DNA of 64,000 nucleotides from Orbicella franksi (lineage: Eukaryota). A program made the translations under genes and the position numbers. The stretch lies in contig OZ116703.1 in the NCBI GenBank assembly GCA_964199315.1, positions 7,502,001 to 7,566,000 of the forward strand, read 5' to 3'. Shown piece by piece: positions 38,666-52,110 of this stretch. The stretch's first letter is position 1. Each line of letters begins with the position of its first letter. The notes beneath the pieces are model-generated. The model worked only from the letters and a program-made list of their open reading frames with translations, searched no databases and had not been told where the DNA came from.

Positions 38666-41600
38666 AAAGGACAAAATTTGACGCAAATTCTATGAATCGT
38701 CAGCTCGCTGATGATGTCTTTTTCTCGTAGTCTAAATGAAAGAGACAAGGAGTGTGACTACTGTCACTAGAGAGACCAACAGATCTTCACTTCACAGGTC
38801 ATCCAATTCATCACAGGCTGCCCACTGTTATTATCACTATTTTTTCCAATGGATCATCTGAATAGGAATTTGCAAATGCAATGTGCCTCGTCCCGATCGT
38901 GAACCTCACCTCTGCAACCATTTTTTTTAAAAACTTGCCCTTCAAGCTACCTCAAGCGAAAATATGGATGGAGTTTGTCTTCGAAGGCAAAGGATACCAA
39001 ATTACGCAAAATGTGTGTTATTAGCATGTGTTGAATTCAAGAAGAAAACATTGAGCATCTTGTCAGGCTAAATAATTTAAATAAGAATTTATAACAGAAC
39101 ACGGCTACGATTATTGTCAACGCTTCTTTTAATATCATATAACAATTTATTTTGTACACATATTGAATCTTTGGACTCTTGTAGCAATCCAAATCCCTTC
39201 GCGTTTCTGTCAGATTTCGATTTTCGACAGCTGTAATCGATTCCATGTGGCAATTGTTATTAATTCAAAAGCTTCGTGGAGGTTTAAAGTTTGATCTCTT
39301 CGGTTTTTAGCTTGGGGTGCCCATTGTTCACATCAGCAATCTGCGGCCACCCAGTTCTCTTTGAAGTTAAAATTGGACGCAATGCACGAGGAAAGTCCAT
39401 AAATATACTGATATATTTTTTATTCTTAAAACGCAAAGATTCTTATATGCATATCTAACATTTTTCCTCAAAGACCTCCATCGATGAACATTAGTTTTGA
39501 TTTGTTAGCATTTTTCCAGGAACTTTTTCTCATCCTGAAAACAGCATTCATATGTTTGTGTTTTCGTGATGTTTATAAATAGATTATTCTTTATTTTTCA
39601 AAATGCCAATTCATGGACGAATGATGTATTTGCGAAAGAAATGTGTGTTTTTGGAATGATGTTCTGGGGACAATCTATTTGAAGCGGCATTTTATTTGTA
39701 GATCATATCTTGTTTGTGGTATGTGTGTGATCAGAATGATCTGAGATAGTCCGAGGAAACTCAAAATTGTTTTGTTTTATGAGAACTGTAGTCGCACGCA
39801 AACCCACACTGTTCCTAAATGATTTCCTTTTGTGGAAACCTTCCTTAACACAACTATATCATTGCATTTCTGAACTTGTCCACGACTTTCACTATTCAAG
39901 CAAGAACGTATAACCTTAAGTCAGTCGCTGTTTTGGATGTGTCTTCAGTAATAACTGGATATTCTTGTTACTTCAATTCCTTTCAACTCTCTAATTCACC
40001 AAGTTTCATTCCAGTTTAATACAGTTCTGAAGTTTGTCTAGAGCTGTACCAAAAATGACATACTTTTTAAATAAACCGTAGCATTAGGACTGCTTATTTC
40101 CTAGGCGCTGGCGCTCGAGTTATATATAAACAATCATAGTTTTGTTACTGCAGCGTTTCATCGACCATGTATTACCAATAATCGTTGCTAGGCAGTCAAA
40201 TATATATTTTTAAAGTTATAGTTTGTAGATTGTAAATCTTTTTCGGCTTTGAGAGCGAAAATTCAGTTTCATGAGTCCTTGATGTGCTCTGTTTCCTTGA
40301 ACGTTGCTATGACCGAGCACTTACTGATGTGGGTTTCCTTTTCTGTGAACGCTGCCTAGTCTTTCGTCTGTTTCTTCAAGTGAAGTCGAGCTTACTTAAA
40401 GTTTAAAATTTCAGTGATAAGATATCCCCTTAAAATCTGAAACTCTCCATGCTTGGCTGGGACTAAAGAAAATATCCGATAATCAAAGGTTTCCAACGAA
40501 TTCATGACGAGATCAGTCGCGTTGTTTCTAGCTCTGTCTCATACAAAGAACTTCTAGCTCTGTAGTAGACAAAGAATTCAAAAGAAACCTCTTGCAGTGT
40601 AAAAGCGTGTTTCTGATAAACGCAAAAGAAAAAAAATCAGAATTTTGCGGCAAAAGAACTATTTGTTAAATCAATCATTGATACTGATCAACGGGAAATT
40701 GCAGACCGTAAAATATTGAAGATCTTAGTACGATGTTTTTTGCCCACATCTAGGTTGATGATGGCAGGTACCGCGGAGTATTAAGACACACTCTGCTCAG
40801 TCGCCATATGAGGCAAAATTCAACATGTGTTGGACCGAATTGGGAAGCATTCCCTCCCACAGAAACTAAAGGGAAAATAAAAGGGTTGAACTGTTAGACG
40901 CTCCGCTAGTTGCCGGTAGCTCTCGACCGGAGAGCTTTTCCGGCGAGGGTTGTGAAAATCTTGAATGTTGGAACTGGAGGGATTTTATTTTCGGTTCTTG
41001 TTTGAAGGCATGAGTGTTAAAGGTAAGCCGGGATTGATACAATCGGTCCTTTTTAGGGAAAAAAAGCTTTATTGGGTTTTAATTGTCAAAGACTAGGAGG
41101 AAGTGATTTTTTTTTTTCCTTGTTTGCTGGGAGCGTAGGTTTATAGTTTGTACGGAAATGCTTTATTTGATGCAGCTTAACAATTAAATGGCCGCTTGCC
41201 CAAATGGGAATTTGTTTGCTGGCCGAAAGAAATCTATAAAGGGACAATTTGCAGATGTAACAAGGCAGATTATAGATAGATATATATACCATATCATGGC
41301 ACTCAGAACTAAAAAGCAAAGATGTTTATTGAAAGAATGAGTACGCACAGATTTTGCATATTCATCTTTAGAGGCGTTAGTGAAATTTAACAAGAAAACA
41401 TGAAGAAAAGACGTGAATTCAGCAGGTGTTCCATGATTCGGTGCATAAGAAAAGTACAGGGCGAGGCCACAGCGCCAGCCAAATCTGTATCGTTGTCTCA
41501 TCATGTTTTTCTTGGTATTAAAGTTATTTGAAATTATTTGCTTTTCTCTTGAGCAGATATTTATCACTTTTGCTGGCTTGTTTCTTTGAACTCAAAACAC

Positions 41601-42532
41601 GTGGTAGCCAGCTTAGAACGATTGAATGCTTCTCGCTGCAGGATAGTTTTTTGACGTTCTTTTCAAGAATTGTAAAGTTGAAATGAAATTAAATCAGTAG
41701 GGGACACTTCTTTGCACACCTTATGCTAGCCATAAAATTCTCTTTAGGGAATAGTGCGTCTTTGAATACACGCGTCCCTGTATGATGATAGCAAACATTT
41801 TTATTAAAGTTACTGACAAGATGGATGTAATGATTGTTAAACAGTGTTAATTGTTTACTGCAACCTTTGTTATATCACTTACCGTGAAAATCTCCGCCTA
41901 ATTCTACTTGGGCTATTTCTTGAAAGATATTACCATAGCAAAACACTCAACTTTTATTAAAAATGTTGTTTGAAATCGGATGTATGTGATGGATGAGGAA
42001 ACAAAATTATTTTTTGTACCTGTCCTTTCTCTGAAATAATACAGCACCGATTCTTTGCGAGCGGGTGTGGCGCTGGGGAGTTCTTTGTTCAACAAGCGAA
42101 GCATTACACCCAGACAGTGTTATTTCAGGCATGTTTGGCTCATTTAAAGCCATAAAAATCGTAATCTCATCTGTTATAGATTGCTTTTATTTTGAATGTC
42201 TATAAACTAAAACTGAAACAATTCATTGCGCAGAGCTCGAGGAGAAAATTTGCTTAGAAATGAATTATAAATAAGCAAACGTATTATTAGATCTAGTGCA
42301 AATCGGTGATTTGTGAAGGGAAGATTCACTCATATTTATGACAATGTTAAAGCGCCAGTAAAAAGGTAATGGTATCTGATATAACAACAGTTCAATTTTC
42401 GTAACATGAAGATGGAATTCATGAAATTCCACTAAGTTGCAGTTTCTATAAAAACGAAATAAAATAAAACTTTAGAGACTGGAGAACAGGACGAGGATAG
42501 ACTATCTGTTAACTTTACTTCACTTCGCCGTC

Positions 42533-42832
42533 GAGTCTAGCTGTTTTGAATGTTATTCAGCTCTTCCGCTTTGTCAAGAGTAACTGCAGAAAAGAAAAGA
42601 ACCGACAGTTTGGCTTACATTTAACGTACTGGAATCAGTTTAGTGTGGCTCAAAACCCTTAAAGACAAGCAGGCCTTTGTCAGAAATTCTTGTCGATCTG
42701 TCTTTTATGAGTCTATTTGTTTTGAATGTTATTGAACTCCTTCGCTGAGTCGAGATTTTGACAGAGTAACTGAAGGAAAGAAAAGAACCGAACGTTTGAC
42801 TAATATTTAACCTACTGGATTTAACGTACTGG
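42533..42832. repeat. Local diverged direct duplication (~100-120 bp, offset 176 bp)
   Basis: gagtcta..ttttgaatgttatt...agagtaactg..gaaagaaaagaaccga...atttaacgtactgg at 42533-42632 and 42709-42832. Confidence 0.8.
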
Positions 42833-45800
42833 CGGATTCTTTGTTTGATTTCATACTACAATTAAACCATGTATTACTATTTCTATTAAGAAAATAATTA
42901 TCGAACTTCCTGGGAAGTGGGATTTTTCAGGAGAGAAAGAGGTCCAAGATTTTTCTGCGATGTAATCCTTCACGATCTTGAAGTTTTTTGTTGGTAAACG
43001 CTTGAAAATGAAAAAATATCGATATTCAGTTAATGCACTTTATTTGTTATTCCATGTTCTTTGTACTATGATTTGAACGCTTTTCTACAGAATAACACTG
43101 TAACCTCTTTTCCTATCCGTACAATAGTTCTTCTCTACTTAAACCATTGCCAATGGGATCTTCTAGACAATTGCTGTTGTTCGTAGCGTCATGTTCTGTA
43201 CATCTGAGGTTTTAAGAAACACTTCTACAGGCGAAAAGAAAAAATGACATTAATCAGATTTGTTCCTTTTAAGTTCATTTTAAACATACTTAGTTATGTG
43301 AGCAGAGGATACGGTTGGATTTTATTCACGGCTATATACCTTTCATTCAAATAGAGAACTAACTACCTTTATTTTGATATTGAAATCAGTCGGGGCCAGG
43401 GAGCTTTCCACATTTCGTGTCAATGGTATAGGAGTGCTCCTATAGAAGTGCTCCTTGATATGTGAATTTGTTTGTATCGGAAGATTTGAAACGGATGTTA
43501 TATACCACTTGCACAACTTGTTACATTTAAATCACAACGTTAATATTAAAAATGATGACTGAACTCTTTCCCACTCACAGAATCACGAAAATTTAGATGC
43601 ACTATAAAAGCAACGTAAGTTAGGTAAATTTCTTCAACTACATGACAGCTTACGCAGCGTGAAAAAGGGAGGAATTTACTCCTCAGTAGAGGTTTTCTAG
43701 AAGAATGTCTAACAAACATAACAGTTTGTCCAATCTCAAACCAGGCCTTGTTGAAATTGCAAATAAACGAGAATAGCTTAAGGGACATTTGAGAGAAAGT
43801 AGATTTCTTTTGATGCATTTTCCATGTGTACAATGGTATTTTATACAGATCACTTTGAGCTAAATCCTGTAAATAATTTTTAAAGCATATTTGCCAGACG
43901 TTTCAACTTTAAATCGCACTATTCAAGTTACAAGAAAAGGTCTGAATTTGAGCTTAGAATGAAAGTCGTATGCATATGCTGCAAAGTACTAAAAAATCCT
44001 TTGAGTTTCTTTTCATGAAAACGGAACTAATACTGGTTGTTTGGATTGGTATCAAAGAAAAACACACCACAGTTGTGTCACAGTGTTCAGGGGCTGGTGT
44101 CTCTCGACATCGTCTGTCTACAACACCACGGGAAATAACAACACGAAATAAAGCAACCAACCGTTTCGTTGCAGTTTTAAGGAAAAAGTATTCTAAATAA
44201 GTGATTCTGTGGTATGTTTCTAAGCATATGGGTCCAAATACCTCTAGAGCGTAATTCAGTTTACTGTTTCTTAATGCTTTTCATGTTTCTTTAGTCATAG
44301 AGGGCACGACACGAAACTGCCTGCCAGAATTAAGTTGGAAAAATAGGTTCGGCTTCTCCCCTCGGTGTCACTTTTTTTACGTTTATTTCTCTTATTTTAT
44401 ATGTAGCAAAAGGGTAAATTTCAGAGACGTCCGCGTCGGTTTCATATGGACGATTTAGACAGTCTCTATTTTCCCTACGGTTGAAAATTTGCTTCTCTTC
44501 GATGAGACTCCTAAATACGATACGTCCTTTTTCCACATTTCATTTCAAGTAGTAAGCAACAGAAACGTTTTTTCACTTTCAATTTGTCAGTGTTCGCTGA
44601 TATACTTCATTGCGACTTCCAGCTACATCGAATTGTTAACGTCTACAACTCTTAGTCCCTGTCAAAATTAATTCGCTAACTAGCCTTAGCACGAGTGAGG
44701 AGATAGGTGGCACATTTTTCTCTCTGAACCAAGCATTTTGCTGTGGGATCCACTTTGTTGGGGCGATATCGTCTTCAGTTTGTATTTATTTTCACTAATA
44801 GCAGGGACTTTTCGATGAATAATGTTATCATATTGGGCGTTGTCGCGTTCATTTTAGACTCCACGAAACAGATGGCTGACCAAGATACCCTGACTCAGAA
44901 GTCGTAAAATAGCGGTTTAGCAGCAAATCTCTCTAGACGGTAAATCGCTTTGAGAACCTTCCTTTATTTTTTTTCTGCTTTGCAGTACACTTTGCATTAA
45001 TCACTCCAAAATAAGCAAATCAAATTTTTTCTTTCAGAGTTCTTCCAATAAAAATTCAAACGCCTGTAAGTTCTGAGCGTTGGACGTGCATTGTCCTCTT
45101 TCGCGTTACAAAAGGATGAAATCTTCAGCACTAATTTAGAAATGTAGAGGCTAGCATTTGTGCATTTTATTTTTAAATATAAGTTTGGCTTTCATATGCA
45201 CATGCAAACGTTTTTGTTCCTCGTATCATTCCTGAAAGATCAGCCTAAAGTCTTACATTTGCCCGTTGGCTTGCAAGCAGTAAAATCTATGTACCAGACA
45301 GATTATTTTGAAAGAAATGAAACATGGAAAGAAATGATTTATCTGGAATTGCATCATTCAGTGAACAAACTATGTAAAAACAAATTTTTGATACAATCAA
45401 GGGCCGGAAACTACGACAAATTATAAAAATGACCTTTACAGATAAGAAGCGATTAAACTTAAACATAAGGCAATTTTTAAATCCAAAAACTGTTCGAAGC
45501 CGTCACAAACATACAAGAGGACCTCTGACTGGCGCTTTTTTCAAGCAGTGAGAATAAACAGTATTTGAACCCGTTGGTATCTACACCGGCTTCAAAGGAA
45601 AACGGTCGGGGCGCTATATTTGTCACGAAAGGGCATCTAAGGACATAACAAAAAAAAAAGCCTTTTTCTAAGACTCCTCTGCTTTTTGATATTTATTTCA
45701 GGTCTCTGGGAACAGAATCAACGTATTTCATCGTTGCATGTTTATAGGAAGAAAGCGAAAAGCTTCAACCATTTCGTGATCGAAGGACAAAAGGTTTACT

Positions 45801-48800
45801 GTATTTCGGAGCAACCGGTTCAAAGCACCACGGGGCGTCACTCCTGAAAAGGAAACAATTTCCGAGACAAGTTACAGCCTGCTCCAAATTAGTAAAATTT
45901 TGTACCTGTGTACAAACCAGTAAAGCGAACGCGTGAAATGAAACCTGCTATCAAGGGATGTCGCATTTCGAAGAAATATTTCATGCTATAAGATGGTCAG
46001 CTGAATTCATATTTAAATTTTGAAATGAAAATGGCGTCCAGAGATTTATTTCAGTCAACAAATTTGCTATTTTCACCTAAAAATCGTATACAGTTAGAGG
46101 TGGACTCGGCTGAGTTTGTTTTCTCATACGCTGTTACACTTGTGTTGTTTCATTTTGTTCAAGAAAACACAGTTTTACCACTGTCCATTTCAAATCTTGC
46201 TTTTAATATTGGATTTACTCGCTCCTTGATTCTGCTCAATTGCTCCTCTCTAACAGAAATAGAACGAAGCTTTACAGCATGAAGAAACGACTGGCAGAGT
46301 TTGAAGAAAATCTATCTTCAAGGTAGTGATCCATGTGCCAATGTTTAGTTTACTGAATTGCTCTTCAATTACCTGCAAAACTGACAACTGGCAAGAGTAA
46401 AAAATTGGACAAACAACGTGAAACCAAGCAAGATTTTTGTCGCATCAAGCTCTACATAAACTAAAACTAGGTTCCTCTTTTAAATGCTGTAGCAAAGTGT
46501 CTGCATCCATTGCACGAAATGCTTTGTTGAACGCCTGTGACAGAACACGTTGGTACTAACATAATTAGCCCCATGTTTTACAAAGGATTCCTTTACAACA
46601 AGTTGGAAACACATCAGAGCTTCCGGCAATCTTTCAGCAAGGAAGTTGGAACTTTTTCAACCTAGCTGGTAACGATATCCAAACCACAACTCGTGACTTG
46701 CTCGAGGGTAAACTAAACTATCTGTGTCTAATTTGCCATGGAAAAGTTTTAGCTGTCTACGAGTTGAGTTGTTTTGGCTATAAAAGTTTAGACTTGCTTT
46801 TTGTATCTAAGAGTGTTCGTCTGATTTATTTTAATATTAACATTGCATTGGCCAAAGCTGAAGATAATAAACGGTTAAAGAAAGAATGTTTTCTCTTTGC
46901 TTGAGTGAGGAGATGGTGTGTGTAAAAATAGAACGTGTGTCCCATTGTAGTGGATGTTGGACTGACATCCTTCTTCTGAATGTTAAAGGCAAACAGTTTA
47001 TGTTGAAAGCTCATTTTACAGTTTGTGATTTGGAGAGAGAATTTTTCTGGTTTCCTGTTCTAGTTAGTGGCTAGTGTTCCAAATAATCATGTGGAACATG
47101 TAACTGCTTGGGTGATCAGCAATGTACTCTTATCAAAGTAATTCAAAAATTGGAATTCTTTGCTAAGCTTCTGTTTACTTGGTAATGGTTAAACCTGTAA
47201 TTATCCACTTCAAATCATCATAAATTTGTATTTGGAATTTTCTAACCAGTTTTGTTCTGATATGATTTGAAAAATCCTTAGGGCCAAATTTGTCATCATT
47301 ATTAACAGGGTGATGGTTTCAAGAAAGGAATGGCCACGTGCTATTGATGCTCCAAAACTGTCGATAAGTTCTCATATTTCGTCGCTTTTTTTTAATAAAT
47401 TGACTACAGACTATCTATCTTCTAGTCACAGACTTTCGAAATACGAGGAATATTTTGAAGCAGGTAGCCGGCAGGAGAGCAATTTCAAGATTTGGTGACT
47501 CGACTATCAAATGCATCAAATGTCCATATTTATGCCAGCTGAATTGACTTAGTTCTGCTTTGAGTTTGCAGTGCTTACAACATGTAATACGACTCTAAGG
47601 GAGTTCTTCCGGTGTGCCATGGAACTGTGCATATTGGGAGACGTAAAATTCTAGTCTTTTCGCAATCCCCTTCCATATTGAAACCAGATGACGATTATAA
47701 AGGGTGCCTGACAACGCGAAACCACCAGCAAGACCACAATACAGACTGATAAATCAATGTCTGAGAAAAGAAGTCTAAAGAAACTATATTTCTGTACAAC
47801 TAAAACTAAGTACAGCCATTAACCGACGTTTTCAAATTTGTTTCTAACTTCTCTTAGTACAGAAAACACATATCTAAGGTGTTGTCACGGTCGATCTGTT
47901 AACTCACAAACTATATATCCTATAGATGAGTCCGCCGAACTGACTTCAAATAACTGAGGTATTCAAGCATGTCAAGCTTTAATCTGTTGTTGAAATGACG
48001 AAACTTTACCTTCATTTTCCAGTGGTTATCATTAAATTGGTGCCAGCTCTTGCTAATAATATCATCTCTCGTTTGTTTTCTATTTCCTGAGTCGTACACA
48101 AGACCAAATCGTGTGATGCACGACTTAAGCACACAAGCAATCGTGTATCATGACCGACAAAAGATTTCTGCCGCTGAAAGGACACAACGTAAATGATAAT
48201 CAATGTGGCTCTTTTTTAAGACTACAGTTTTTCTACTGATTCTGAGATCCCAAAGTGCGCTTCAGTCGGAAGCAAACCAGTACTGCATTTAGTCTTATAA
48301 AGCCCTACTCCCAGCGTGACGTGGTATACGGCCAACAGCGCCGAACCGCATCACGCCTGGTGCAGTAGCCTTGTTTGCATCACAAGACGTTTTACTGCTT
48401 CTGAGCCCCTGACGCTTTATTTTGTTACCATTTCCTCTTCTTTATAGAAACAGTCTTTGAATTCCTTTGACCAGTAGAGGTTTTTTCGCTTCGATCAACG
48501 GCCCTTACAAGCCGGTAGCACGGTTCACTGGCGCTTCATAAGTGCGTCAAGCGGTATAACCGCTCAATAAAATACTGACCTATTTTAAGCCCTTCTTCAA
48601 AAAGCCTATTGTTTCTCTGAGTTTTGTCGTCGTTGAAAAAGAAAGTGTAAAACCGATTGATTCCCTTTGGGGAGAGATACGGCCCTTGTTATTTTGCAGT
48701 GCTTGTGGTCCTTGTCCGGAGCCGCGCTCGGCCGAGCTACATGAAATTTCCGAATTCATTGGTTACCTTCGAAACAGCCTTTGGGCAAGAATCATGGAGA

Positions 48801-50365
48801 TTAAAAACACTATAATAAAGAAAATCCTTTGTAGATGCCGGCTTTTGAACTGATACAAACATCCCAGCCAGAGGCCATGAGATGCAGCCACAGAGGTAAT
48901 TGGCTAAAAGAAACGGAGCTGTTTTGTTAGTTTTATTTTGATGTCTTCGAGAACTAAACAAATAGCCTAATCACGGCCATTTCAATCTCAATTTTCGACA
49001 GGATGGAAGTACTTGGCATCCTAAGAGTGGCAGAGATTAATTAATTATATATGCCGATTGACATAGGACGAAAGATACTGCCCTTCATGGTTCGCAAACA
49101 CTAGCTTAGTTTTTGCCTTTTTGAACGGTTAGAAGCAGTGCGGTAATGTTCCAGTCCCAAGATGACCAATCAAGATGATAATTTGGGTCAAAATGTGACT
49201 GCTGCTACCTGTGTGTCTTCTTCTTCTACAGCACCCAACAACGATTTCCTTCGCCTAATAAACGTTCTTCCAAGAATTTAATTACAAATATAAATAGAAC
49301 GCGCAACTTTCCTGTCTTGTGGTATATAATGTGCTCTTTGAATTCTGAGACATACAGTTCGTTGCGTGGGAAACCATAGAGTGTCATATGGCGTACCCTT
49401 GAAATGGCTGTTTAGCTACTTAGACAGCTTTCTTGAAAACTGGATGTACACGGGAAATTCAGGAAATATTTTAATTAAAGAAATCTTGTTTAGACAACTT
49501 TATTGTTTAGAAACGTTCAGTGACTTGCCAGAAACAGTGAATGCTTTATTTAGATCTTTTCTGTATAAAAAGATGGCATTTTGATTTTAAACTGCCAGGA
49601 TGCTTATAGCAGCAATCATTGCATGGACGGACAAACTTTGTGAACAAGGAGACCTGAAGTAAACACATTGACTAATTTGAGACATATAACAGATTCCTCC
49701 CCTTTCACTGTTTTCTCTTTAATATCCCAGATGATGTCAAATTCTAAATATGTTATTTACAGTGCCGATTTAGAACAGGAAATATTCTCACATAAATAAG
49801 AAAATACTGTAAGTTTGAACTCGTTCTATTTTACGTGATGGATAGATCCAACCCGTTTTTGTCCTTGCGAAAGAAATCGGATTCTAATTTCCTCATGGTT
49901 TCCATTTCCGCACAAGATCAATTGTCTTTAACTTTCATATTGTCAATTCTAAGCCCGACAACAATTTTTACCCAAATGCAATGTGGATTTTTGAAGCATT
50001 ATCGACTAAAAACATCAGTTGGCCGATTTGACGTGTGCGTAGGTCTTTTGTGTGACACTTTACCGAATGCTGACCGACTAAAACCGTACATAAACAGTCA
50101 CCATTTTGCCAACTGCGAATACAAAATCCTTCAAGTTTAGTGTGAAATATTTCAGCCATAGTCTAAGCATTCGTAAGTTTAGAGGCTATTCGCCTAAAAG
50201 TTAATTCCCTGTCGCCGATTTTTCTCAGCGACTGGTCAACACATTGTTTGCTGGATATATGCGACGAAAACGTCACCCACTTGCACTTGGTTGAAACGGC
50301 TAGTTAAATAGTTCTGTCTGGTCTCCATGTTAAAAGACCGGAGTATTTATTTTCTCCGTTGGATG

Positions 50366-51619
50366 TCAGTAGGACGCCAAAGGAGCTTGAGCGGTGGCAA
50401 TATTTGCGCCATTGTCCATATGATAGTGCTCGTGATTCTGTGTCGATGGTAAACGATTAAACCACTCAGACATTGGTGGATAAGTTGACGCGGTGTGAAA
50501 AGCTGGTGAATTTGTCCTAGCGGAAGAAACGCTTTCATCTTGAGGACTTGACGAGCCAAGGGATTCTGAAGGCTTTGCATGAAGCTTCATGTGTTTTCGA
50601 AGGGAGCTCGGATGAGTATAACTCTTGTTACATCCCTCAACTTTGCAGATGTACGGTTTATCGGACGTGTGGACGTGTGAGTGCTTCTTTCTATCGCTCG
50701 AGTTTGCGAAGCGACGGTCGCAACCTGGATACTCGCACATAAATGGCTTCTCACCTGTGTGCGTTCGCTTGTGAATCTTTAGGTTTTCCGACCTCGCAAA
50801 GAGCTTTCCACAACCAGGGAACGGACATGAGAAAGGCTTTTCTCCCGTGTGTACACGAATGTGATTGATAAGCTTGTACTTGGCCTTAAAAGGCAGTCCA
50901 TTGCGAGGGCAGTCTTTCCAAAAGCACACGTGAGAACTGCTTTCCGGTCCTCCAACATGATCTTCAGAGAGATGAGCTACAACGTCGTGCATTCGAAAGA
51001 ATTGTCTCCCACAAGGCTTTCCTTTGCTGCCCGGTTCGATCCATTCACAGACCACCACATGACTCAGAGGTTGGCGCAGGTAACTTGCAGGCATGGCTAG
51101 TCCCGGGTGCTGCATGAACTCGTAGCGAGGTGCAGCGAAAGGGTTCGCAAACTGTGAATGGTGAGCCTCGAATTTGTCGTCTCGAGGATAATATTCCACT
51201 GCTTTAGAAAACCTGTAAGGCCCGGCCAATGGTCCACCAGTTTGTTGAAAGTGAGAGCCGGGCGGGTCATGAGCGTGAGCAACGGAATAAAACCCGTGAG
51301 GTGAACCATTGGTAGCGTCTCGATGTGGCTCTTGCAGACTATTGTAGTGACTGGGATGAAGTTGGTGTAACACGGAGCCGGCGAACATGTTGTGTTGTCG
51401 CTGGTTGCTCCCTGCTCTAGCGCCAGTTGTGTCAGACGCTAGATTTATACCGCTGTTATGTGGGCGAACAGCTGCGACGCTAGAACTTGTGAAAGTGTCG
51501 GGCCCGGCGAATAGGAACTCGTGGGTCGACGGACGAGCGGTGGACCGCACGCCTTGAGCTGGCGTAAAAGGATAGTGCGAGCCATTTGGAACGTTGAAAG
51601 TGTCTTGCACTGTACTCAT
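50366..51619 (-). CDS. Zic: Zic-family C2H2 zinc-finger transcription factor, single coding exon, 417 aa
   Basis: Five Zic fingers (CEWIE..PCGRQF..H; [26 protein letters not shown]; [23 protein letters not shown]; [23 protein letters not shown]; [23 protein letters not shown]). ZF-NC-like [15 protein letters not shown]-like STHEFLF and C-terminal SEWF. The ORF is uninterrupted. Confidence 0.97.
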   Translation of the reverse strand: MSTVQDTFNVPNGSHYPFTPAQGVRSTARPSTHEFLFAGPDTFTSSSVAAVRPHNSGINLASDTTGARAGSNQRQHNMFAGSVLHQLHPSHYNSLQEPHRDATNGSPHGFYSVAHAHDPPGSHFQQTGGPLAGPYRFSKAVEYYPRDDKFEAHHSQFANPFAAPRYEFMQHPGLAMPASYLRQPLSHVVVCEWIEPGSKGKPCGRQFFRMHDVVAHLSEDHVGGPESSSHVCFWKDCPRNGLPFKAKYKLINHIRVHTGEKPFSCPFPGCGKLFARSENLKIHKRTHTGEKPFMCEYPGCDRRFANSSDRKKHSHVHTSDKPYICKVEGCNKSYTHPSSLRKHMKLHAKPSESLGSSSPQDESVSSARTNSPAFHTASTYPPMSEWFNRLPSTQNHEHYHMDNGANIATAQAPLASY

Positions 51620-51636
51620 TCTTTTGTCTTTGACGG

Positions 51637-52110
51637 CTTTGAAGGGTCACTTACTCCACAATACTATCGCGTGAGAAACCGGACAGAAAACTTAAATGAA
51701 TCAATCGGGTTGGCTCTTTGTTTAATTCACAGTTTTGTCATCCTCCCATGGAACTAAATAAGCATCTGTGTCGTGCTGGGCAAGTCGAACTCTTCGACTG
51801 AGAAGTGCACGAACATTCCGCAAAGCCTCTCACACAGCGTAGCGCGGTTAAATTGTAAAAAATGCGCGGGATTTGAACGCTGCTGTCGTAATGGTATCCT
51901 TTGAAGTCGACTCGCCGTTCATCCAAGCATCTGTACTTGCCTGTGTTCGGAGCTCAGCGTGAGACCTCGGTCTATTGTAACTGAACTACACCGGTCTTTG
52001 ATTGGCATTAGCAAGTTGTTGATATTTCGTTATCCAATCATCGCGTTAACGCCCCCGGGGTGTTTTGGTTGATAAATATTTTACGATGTGTTCGTCCTAT
52101 CGAATCCAAT
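51637..52110 (-). promoter_or_regulatory. Putative proximal promoter/5' UTR of the right Zic gene
   Basis: CCAAT boxes at 52001-52005, 52034-52038 and 52106-52110. Inr-like TCAGTT on minus at 51979-51984. TCF cores at 51637, 51899 and 51996, CGTGAGAA at 51670 and CCCCCGGGG at 52052. The region is CpG-rich. The TSS is not established. Confidence 0.45.

Noticed and set aside
39345-39353. GGCCACCCA GLI/Zic-like site
   Set aside because: It is a single variant site with no cluster or other support.
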